DNA of 35,107 nucleotides from an uncultured archaeon (GTDB lineage: Archaea > Altiarchaeota > Altiarchaeia > IMC4 > SCGC-AAA252-I15). Shown piece by piece: positions 26,935 to 33,775 of the stretch. Made by a program: the position numbers and the translations under genes. The notes below the pieces were generated by a model. It was not told the origin of the DNA. It did no database searches and was given only the letters and a program-made list of their open reading frames with translations. Each line of letters opens with the position of its first letter. Position 1 is the stretch's first letter. The stretch covers positions 1-35,107 of the forward strand of contig CAZPLO010000014.1 in the NCBI GenBank assembly GCA_964587725.1. The letters run 5' to 3'.

Positions 26935-28259
26935 ACCTCGACTCCGTCGTGGAACGGATTACGCCGTCGGAGGAAGAACACGAGGAGGAGCAGAGGATAG
27001 TGGAGGAGGTGTCCAAGCTCCTGTCCGAACACGACGTGGCTCCCGTATTGGTGGGGTCGCTCGCCAAGGGCACCGACCTCCGCGGCAACAAGGACATCGA
27101 TTTGTTCATACAGTTCCCTCAGGATGTGGACCGCGAAACACTGGAGAAGCGGGGTCTGAAAATAGGGAAGGACGTGTTCCGTAAACTGGGCGTCGAATAC
27201 GAGATAGACTACGCCGAACACCCGTATGTGAAGGGCTCCTACAAGGGCCATGACATAGAGGTTGTCCCATGCTACTGTGGGAAGGAGATTCTGTCATCCG
27301 TCGACCGCACACCCTTTCACAACGAGTACGTGAAGGCCCGTCTGGCTGAAAAGCCCCTTAACGGCGACATCCGGCTGCTGAAGCAGTTCATGCAGGGCAT
27401 TGACGTTTACGGCGCGGAGGCGAGGGTGGAGGGTTTCTCCGGCTACCTGGTGGAACTGCTCGTAATACACTACGGCTCATTCCATGCGGCGTTGGAGGCT
27501 GCGGTGGACTGGACCATCCCAGAAGTCATAGACCCGGAGGGCCTGTGGGAGGACCCTGCGGCACTGCCGAAGTTCTTCACCGACGCCAACCTCATCGTAG
27601 TGGACCCGGTGGACAGGAGCAGGAACGTTGCCGCCGCTGTTTCGCCGGAGTGTCTGTCGAAGTTCATAGTCAAGGCAAGCGAATTCATTGACGGCCCGTC
27701 GGAGGATTTCTTCTTCCCGCCCGAGAAGCCGATGCGGCCGATGGAGGAGCTGCGGTCCGCAGCTGAGGAGCGCGGAACGAGATTCTACGCCCTCGTATTC
27801 CGCCATGGGAAGCTGAACGCCAACACACTGTACGCGCAGCTTAGGAAGACGTCCAGGCACGTGAAGACGGAGCTGGAGGCCGAGGAGTTCAGGGTGTTCA
27901 GGGAGTCGTTCTGGACCAACGAAGCAGACATTTCGGTGGTGTTGCTGGAGCTGGAGGTGTGGATGCTGCCGGAGCTCGTGCACCACCTAGGGCCGCCGGT
28001 GGACCAGGCTCCGGAGCACCAGGAACGCTTCACCAAAAAATACGCCGGCGACAAACCGTATGTGAAGGACGGCAGGTGGGTTGTTGACACCGCAAGGAAG
28101 TACTGTGACGCCGGCGACTTCCTCTCCGCCCTAGCGTCGGAGAAGCGGGGGTTCGGCAAGAACCTCCGCGAAATGAAGGACCCCGGATTGGTGGAGGGCG
28201 ACATATTCGGCGTTGACGGAGAACCGTGGCTGAAGTACCTCAACGAATACCTGGACTGA
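26931..28259 (+). CDS. cca: class I (archaeal) CCA-adding tRNA nucleotidyltransferase
   Basis: VGSLAKGTDLRGNKDIDLF, YAEHPYV, SSVDRTPFH, GFSGYLVELLVIHYGSF and DPVDRSRNVAAAVS; GTG start overlapping the amrS stop (GTGA). Confidence 0.96.
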   Translation: MNLDSVVERITPSEEEHEEEQRIVEEVSKLLSEHDVAPVLVGSLAKGTDLRGNKDIDLFIQFPQDVDRETLEKRGLKIGKDVFRKLGVEYEIDYAEHPYVKGSYKGHDIEVVPCYCGKEILSSVDRTPFHNEYVKARLAEKPLNGDIRLLKQFMQGIDVYGAEARVEGFSGYLVELLVIHYGSFHAALEAAVDWTIPEVIDPEGLWEDPAALPKFFTDANLIVVDPVDRSRNVAAAVSPECLSKFIVKASEFIDGPSEDFFFPPEKPMRPMEELRSAAEERGTRFYALVFRHGKLNANTLYAQLRKTSRHVKTELEAEEFRVFRESFWTNEADISVVLLELEVWMLPELVHHLGPPVDQAPEHQERFTKKYAGDKPYVKDGRWVVDTARKYCDAGDFLSALASEKRGFGKNLREMKDPGLVEGDIFGVDGEPWLKYLNEYLD

Positions 28260-28291
28260 AAAGTTTTAAGCGCGCTTTCTCATACTATAAC

Positions 28292-29170
28292 GTGGTCTTG
28301 GAGTTTTCCGGCGGCGAAAAAGTCCTCTACGACTGCAGAGTCCAGTTAGAGCCCACTACCCTGAAGTTCTCTGAAACCCACTTGTATGTGACTCCTACGC
28401 GGCTGGTCTTCGATTTGGAGCAGCCTTTGAGTGTGGAGCTGTCGGAGGTGGTGGACGTTGAATTGATGAACTACTATGGGGAGCGGTTCATCTACCTGAA
28501 GTACAAGGACATCTCCGGCGTCAACACCCTCAGCTTCGTCTGCACGGGATTCGGAGGCATCATCTCCAACATCAGCAAGACAATATTCGTCTACAAGCTC
28601 GTCAGGCGGCTTCACGACGGCATGCACCCCCGGGACATACGCTTCATAATGTCCGGCTCCACCATCGAACTGTATGCGCCGTGGCTGCTGCTCGCTGTAA
28701 TGCTCCTGGCTCCGGCATTGAGCATACTGTTGCCTGTCGGCTGCTGGGGGCGTCTGGGACTGGGCGCCGCCTTCCTACTGTCATTCACTGCCTTCTCCTT
28801 CACGGAAGTATACAAGCTGCTGTTGGGCAGGCTCCGCTGGCTGGTGTATGCTCTGGTGTCATTAATCATACTGGCTTCGCTGCTGTTCATCTGGAACAGT
28901 TGCTCCACGATGGAAACCACGTATTCGGCGACCATATACGGCAAGGAGATAGTCGGCGACCTCGACGTCCCTTCGACTGTGTGGTATTGCGTGAACGTGC
29001 GCAGCGAAGTCGGCAGTGACCGTCTGTGCATGGCCAAGGCGGATTGGTTGGACGTCCGCGTCGGAGACAAGATTATGGTATACTATGTGGAGGGGCCTCT
29101 GACATCCGAGATAGTGCCTTACAAGTACGGCTACCGCGACCCGTCTTACGTGATGGAACACAGGATGTAG
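28292..29170 (+). CDS. hypothetical membrane protein (PH/GRAM-like N-terminus, three TM helices, OB-fold-like C-terminus)
   Basis: THLYVTPTRLVFD...SVELSEVVDVEL; three hydrophobic segments; DWLDVRVGDKIMVYY. GTG 28292 lies about 25 nt after TTTTAAG. Domain names are inferred. Confidence 0.7.
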   Translation: MVLEFSGGEKVLYDCRVQLEPTTLKFSETHLYVTPTRLVFDLEQPLSVELSEVVDVELMNYYGERFIYLKYKDISGVNTLSFVCTGFGGIISNISKTIFVYKLVRRLHDGMHPRDIRFIMSGSTIELYAPWLLLAVMLLAPALSILLPVGCWGRLGLGAAFLLSFTAFSFTEVYKLLLGRLRWLVYALVSLIILASLLFIWNSCSTMETTYSATIYGKEIVGDLDVPSTVWYCVNVRSEVGSDRLCMAKADWLDVRVGDKIMVYYVEGPLTSEIVPYKYGYRDPSYVMEHRM

Positions 29171-29174
29171 GCTA

Positions 29175-29188
29175 TGAAACGTGTTTCA
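29175..29188. promoter_or_regulatory. palindromic candidate operator upstream of the wHTH gene
   Basis: TGAAAC-gt-GTTTCA, about 25 nt upstream of a TTTTTAAC TATA-like box (29213-29220). Confidence 0.4.
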
Positions 29189-29243
29189 CCCCCTAATACA
29201 CCATCTACCACATTTTTAACCTTATCATGTCTTATTATGTATT

Positions 29244-30008
29244 ATGGTTGGTGGTTCGGGGAAGCGGCTTAGGCAGGGCAAGACCCTCCTGACCATGGTG
29301 AAATACCTTATCCGCTCCCATCCGAAGGGGATGAAACGGAGTGAGATACAGGATAAGCTTCAGGAGGATTTGGGTGTGGGGGCGAGCACCGGCGGAGTCA
29401 ACCGCCACCTGAAGAAACTCCGCAGGAAGGAACTGATTGAATGGGACCAGGACACGTACACATACACTCTCCCCTCCGGCTGCGACAGCATAGGATACTT
29501 CAACCGTATAGTGGAAGCATTCGACATGTCCACGGACCAGGCGTACTTCATGTCGCTGGAGTTCAAGAAGATAGCGTCTCCAGAAACAATGATGGAGGTT
29601 GACGACTGCCTGGGTTTCAGATACGACGACGAGATGAGTGAGAACCTCCGTGCACTCCACAGCGAATACCGGGACAACGAAGTCCACGTCCACGACCTCA
29701 TAAAGGAGCTGTTGTCTCACCACAACAACTACGTGCGGCTGCGACTGTTCAAGACCTCTAACGAATGCTTTGTCAAGGACCTCCTGGAGGCGGACGTGAA
29801 GAAAACACAGGCGCTGGCAAAATCCTATTCCCGGAACCTCAAGTCCATAGAGGAGTCGCTGAAGGCGGAGGCGGACCACATATTCACGCTCCGGGAGGAA
29901 CTGGTGCAAGCGCTGAAGGAAAACAACCTCTCCAAGAGGATGAAATTCCTAATCAGATTCTCACTCTCCCGTGTGAGGCCGTCGCTGGTATATGATCGCC
30001 TAATCTGA
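29244..30008 (+). CDS. winged-HTH domain protein (putative transcription regulator) with helical C-terminus
   Basis: KGMKRSEIQDKLQEDLGVGASTGGVNRHLKKLRRKELIEWDQDTYTYTL. Confidence 0.75.
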   Translation: MVGGSGKRLRQGKTLLTMVKYLIRSHPKGMKRSEIQDKLQEDLGVGASTGGVNRHLKKLRRKELIEWDQDTYTYTLPSGCDSIGYFNRIVEAFDMSTDQAYFMSLEFKKIASPETMMEVDDCLGFRYDDEMSENLRALHSEYRDNEVHVHDLIKELLSHHNNYVRLRLFKTSNECFVKDLLEADVKKTQALAKSYSRNLKSIEESLKAEADHIFTLREELVQALKENNLSKRMKFLIRFSLSRVRPSLVYDRLI

Positions 30009-30048
30009 CTTATATACTGGACCAGCCTATAGGTTACAGGTGGTCTGA

Positions 30049-30375
30049 TTGAGGTCAAGGGATACGTTACTTGCTGCTGCGGCCTTCTGCCTGCTCGCAG
30101 CCGCACTATCGGCAGCTGCTGCAACAGGCGTTGAAAGCGCTAAAACAGCCATATGCAATGTGCTTTTCAACATACGCGACTTCCTCTATGCCATAGCAGG
30201 CGGCGTCGCCACACTGGTCATAACCCTTCAGGGCATAAAGTGGATAGGTTCGGCCGAGGACCCCGGACTGAGGAAACAAGCCAAGCAGGGAATAATACAC
30301 GCGGTGGTGGGTCTGATTATAGTTTTGCTGGCGAGCTGGATAGTTATCATAGTATTCGGCTCCACATGCGCGTGA
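30049..30375 (+). CDS. TrbC/VirB2-like (T4SS-type) pilin
   Basis: Signal peptide, then two TM helices separated by GIKWIGSAEDPGLRKQAKQGIIHAVVGLIIV; TTG start with AGGTGG upstream and TTATATA at 30010-30016. Confidence 0.72.
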   Translation: MRSRDTLLAAAAFCLLAAALSAAAATGVESAKTAICNVLFNIRDFLYAIAGGVATLVITLQGIKWIGSAEDPGLRKQAKQGIIHAVVGLIIVLLASWIVIIVFGSTCA

Positions 30376-30414
30376 GCCGGTATTTAATCAACTACCGCTT
30401 GAATTCATTACATA

Positions 30415-32682
30415 ATGTCCGACTCCAGGGGCGCATACGCGGGCATATTCCTGATTTCAGCCGCAGCATTGGCGCTGGAGGTCACATTAACCCGGCTGTT
30501 TTCAATAATGCTGTGGTACCACTACGCCTTCATGATAGTGTCCCTCGCCATGCTGGGGTACGCTTTAAGCGGCGTCGCCCTCGCCTGGCTGCCTGAATTC
30601 AAGACAGAGGATGTTCTGACTGCGTCAGCAGCACTCATGACGATAATATGTATCCTGGGGTATCTGGCGGCCAACCACCTGTCATTCGACCCCCACCAGG
30701 TCTCCTGGAACCCCCTCCAGGCCCTCATACTCCTCACATACATACTAGCTTTCACCGTCCCCTTCATGTTCTCCGGGTTGTGCGTCGCCGTGGGGTTGAA
30801 GAACGTGAGCGGAGGCGTGGCTGGTGTGTACGCCAGCAGCTTCCTGGGCTCCGGCTTCGGAAGCCTGGCCGCAGTATACCTACTTTCCGTGACGGACGTG
30901 TCCGGGGTTGTGGCTGCAGTAGCGTTAACCGCGGCTGTGGCTGCGACGGCGTTCAGCGTGGAAACCCGGTGGTTCAAGCACGCTCTGGCGTTCACCCTCC
31001 TGGCGTCGCTCCTGCTGCTGTCGAACCCTCTTCCGGACGCCAGAATCAGCCCCTACAAGCCTTTGATGCAGGCTCTAAGGCATCCGGAATCCAGCCTATT
31101 CTCCACCACATGGAATCCTCTTTCCAGGGTGGATGTTGTCTACAGTCCCGTGGTGAGGCACGCACCCGGCCTAAGCCTCACCTACCCGGGCGTCACCCCC
31201 ACCAACCCCCTCCTGTATACGGACGGCGGAGGCGAGGACGTTATCCCCCTGCTAGACGACACAGGATACTTGGAGTATCTTCCGTCCTCTCTTCCGTTCA
31301 GGTTCAGGGAGAAACCCCGGGTTCTGGTGCTTGGCTACAGCGGCCTGGACATTCTGTCGGCATTATACTACAATGCGTCTGTCACGGTGGTGGAACCAAA
31401 CCCCATGGTCACGAAGGAAGCCGCAGCCCACACCCCCCTACTGGATTCCGTGACGGTGGTCCACCAGCAGCCCAGGAGCTTCATGAAACGGTCACGTGAA
31501 ACATACGACGTCATAATACTGCCGCTTTCAGGAGGCACCCAGTCGTCAACAGGCATCCAGAACCTAAACGAAAACTACATGCACACTGTGGAGGCGTACA
31601 GAAGCTACCTCGCCCATCTCGAAGACGGCGGAGTCTTCATCGTGTCCACTTGGCTGCGGAACCCGCCCAGGGAGAACCTCAGGGTGGTTTCTCTGGCGTC
31701 GCAGCTTGGCGAGGAGAATTCGGTTGCCGTCTACCGCACCCTCACCACCCACACCCTCCTGGTAAGGAAAAACGGGTTCACTCCCACGGAGCTTCAAACC
31801 ATCAAAGACTTCTGCAGTGAAATGAGGTACGACATAGTCTACCTCCCCCAAGGCCAATATGAGGTCAACAAATACAACGTGTTCCCGGAGCCGCTTTACC
31901 ACCGCCTCACCGCCCGGCTGATGGAGGACCAGGAGGTATTCTACCGAGAGTACCTGTTCGACGTGTCCCCCGTACACGACGGCAACCCCTACTTCAACAG
32001 CTACTTCCGGTGGAGCAGCGCTGGTGAGATATACAGAAGCCTCCGCGGGCGTTGGGAGGCGTTCCTGGAGGGCGGGTTCACCGTCAATCTCGTGTTCATC
32101 ATCCTCCTAACGCTCTCGGTCGTGATAGTGGCTTCAGCGGCTGCGAAGACCAAGCCCTCATTCAACGTGCTCGCATACTTCACATTGATAGGCGTCGCCT
32201 ACATGTTCAACGAGGTGGTGTTCATCCAGCGGTTCATACTGTTCCTCGGCCACCCCGTCTACTCAGTGGCCTTGGTGGTTTCAGTAATACTGGTGTCTTC
32301 AGGCCTGGGAAGCCTGGCCTCCCGCCGGCTGAAATCCAACGACCTGAAACGGGTGCTGCCGGCCCTCTCCCTCATCACCCTAGCATACATACTGGTTTTG
32401 CCGGCCGCATTCGACCTGCTCCTACCACATGCACTTCCGTACAGGATTCTATCCTCAATAGTCCTACTCACCCCCATGGGGTTTCTCATGGGGATGCCCT
32501 TCCCCATGGCACTTGAATCTGTGCGGGAGTCCACTCCACTGGCGTGGGCGGTCAACGGCTGCGCGTCCGTGCTGGCTTCGGTGGCGGTGATACTGCTGTC
32601 ACTGTCCTGCGGGTTCGACACGGTTCAGGCCGCCGCGGCAGCAGCATATCTGCTGGCCCTCTTTTTCAGACCTAACGGTTGA
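30415..32682 (+). CDS. polytopic membrane protein with central spermidine-synthase-like SAM-binding domain
   Basis: About 7 N-terminal and 6-7 C-terminal TMs; LEVTLTRLFS, WNPLSRVDV, VTVVEPNP, YDVII, HLEDGG, GMPFP and AWAVNGCASV motifs. Confidence 0.85.
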   Translation: MSDSRGAYAGIFLISAAALALEVTLTRLFSIMLWYHYAFMIVSLAMLGYALSGVALAWLPEFKTEDVLTASAALMTIICILGYLAANHLSFDPHQVSWNPLQALILLTYILAFTVPFMFSGLCVAVGLKNVSGGVAGVYASSFLGSGFGSLAAVYLLSVTDVSGVVAAVALTAAVAATAFSVETRWFKHALAFTLLASLLLLSNPLPDARISPYKPLMQALRHPESSLFSTTWNPLSRVDVVYSPVVRHAPGLSLTYPGVTPTNPLLYTDGGGEDVIPLLDDTGYLEYLPSSLPFRFREKPRVLVLGYSGLDILSALYYNASVTVVEPNPMVTKEAAAHTPLLDSVTVVHQQPRSFMKRSRETYDVIILPLSGGTQSSTGIQNLNENYMHTVEAYRSYLAHLEDGGVFIVSTWLRNPPRENLRVVSLASQLGEENSVAVYRTLTTHTLLVRKNGFTPTELQTIKDFCSEMRYDIVYLPQGQYEVNKYNVFPEPLYHRLTARLMEDQEVFYREYLFDVSPVHDGNPYFNSYFRWSSAGEIYRSLRGRWEAFLEGGFTVNLVFIILLTLSVVIVASAAAKTKPSFNVLAYFTLIGVAYMFNEVVFIQRFILFLGHPVYSVALVVSVILVSSGLGSLASRRLKSNDLKRVLPALSLITLAYILVLPAAFDLLLPHALPYRILSSIVLLTPMGFLMGMPFPMALESVRESTPLAWAVNGCASVLASVAVILLSLSCGFDTVQAAAAAAYLLALFFRPNG

Positions 32683-33457
32683 GGGCTTCCCCCGTCATGG
32701 GCACGAACCGGACGTCGGTGACGTACTTGGTGGTCGTCTCCCCACCTTCTTTATCCACTACCGTGAGAGTCTGATAGTATCTCACACTCCCCAGTGGAAG
32801 AATCAGCCTGCCCCCGTCCGCCAGCTGCTGGATGAGGGGGTGGGGTATGTGGTCTACGGCGGCGGTTATTATGACGGCGTCGTAGGGGCTGTGGTCTGGC
32901 CACCCGAAGTATCCGTCCGAGTTTTTGACGTGGGCGTTGCGGTAGCCGAGCCGGTGGAGTGTTCTGTTGCTTCTGTCCGCCAGCTCCGGCACAATCTCCA
33001 TGCTGTACACTTCATCTACTATCTCCGCCAGCACCGCTGCCTGATAGCCGGAGCCGGTACCCACCTCCAGCACCCTGTCGTCTGCGTCCAACTCCAGCTC
33101 CTCGGTCATCAACGCCACGATATACGGTTGGGATATGGTCTGCCCGTAGCCTATGGGCTGGGGTGAATCCAGGTATGCCCTGTCTCTCACGTCCTCCGGC
33201 ATGAACTCCTGCCTCGGCACCTCAGACATGGCCCGGATAACATCCGAATCTGTTATGTCCCGCGTGAGCAGCTGCTGCTCCACCATCTTCCCCCTCATCT
33301 CAACGTACCGGGGCTCCTCCACTGCCGAACCGCTTTCATTCAATTCCGGGACGGTTGAAGCCGGGCCAAGCCCATGCTGCCATTGCAGGAACATGCCCGC
33401 GGCCAGGGCGAGAACAACGGCCGCCATCATAATCCTGCAGTCCACGTAACATAACAC
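32672..33457 (-). CDS. pcm: protein-L-isoaspartate(D-aspartate) O-methyltransferase with N-terminal signal/anchor
   Basis: QTISQPYIVALM, VLEVGTGSGYQAAVLAE, PYDAVIITAA, QLADGGRLILPLG and VRFVPM motifs. Start could alternatively be GTG 33445 or ATG 33430. Confidence 0.95.
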   Translation of the reverse strand: MLCYVDCRIMMAAVVLALAAGMFLQWQHGLGPASTVPELNESGSAVEEPRYVEMRGKMVEQQLLTRDITDSDVIRAMSEVPRQEFMPEDVRDRAYLDSPQPIGYGQTISQPYIVALMTEELELDADDRVLEVGTGSGYQAAVLAEIVDEVYSMEIVPELADRSNRTLHRLGYRNAHVKNSDGYFGWPDHSPYDAVIITAAVDHIPHPLIQQLADGGRLILPLGSVRYYQTLTVVDKEGGETTTKYVTDVRFVPMTGEALNR

Positions 33458-33491
33458 AATCTTCTGTATTAAAAAACAGTGTGCTGCAGGT

Positions 33492-33773
33492 CTAGGACTC
33501 TTCCTCCTTCTTCTCAGCCTTCAAACGTTTCTTCTCCAGCTTATACCTGTATTTGGCTTTTTTTCCCTCGGCATTCAGCCTCGCCTTCTCCAGATCGAGC
33601 TCTCGTTCGCTCACCCCACTCTCTCTCACGACAGCCCTCCCAGGATGTTCCTCAACCTCCGCCCGATGTAGTCTGGCTATAATCAGTTTGCTCAGGTATC
33701 TGCCAAAGTATCCGATGAACCCTGCTATGAACACTACAGCAACCCATTTAAGAAGCTCAATTAAGTCAACCAT
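33492..33773 (-). CDS. small single-pass membrane protein with charged coiled-coil tail
   Basis: LLKWVAVVFIAGFIGYFG TM then KAKYRYKLEKKRLKAEKK; starts 2 nt after the upstream gene's stop. Confidence 0.75.
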   Translation of the reverse strand: MVDLIELLKWVAVVFIAGFIGYFGRYLSKLIIARLHRAEVEEHPGRAVVRESGVSERELDLEKARLNAEGKKAKYRYKLEKKRLKAEKKEEES

Positions 33774-33775
33774 CG

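Noticed and set aside
28226-28291. N-terminal extensions in the ORF track (also 26892-26930, 8955-9008, 4964-5005, 2966-2983)
   Set aside because: They overlap upstream genes or promoters; downstream starts fit family N-termini and coupling better.
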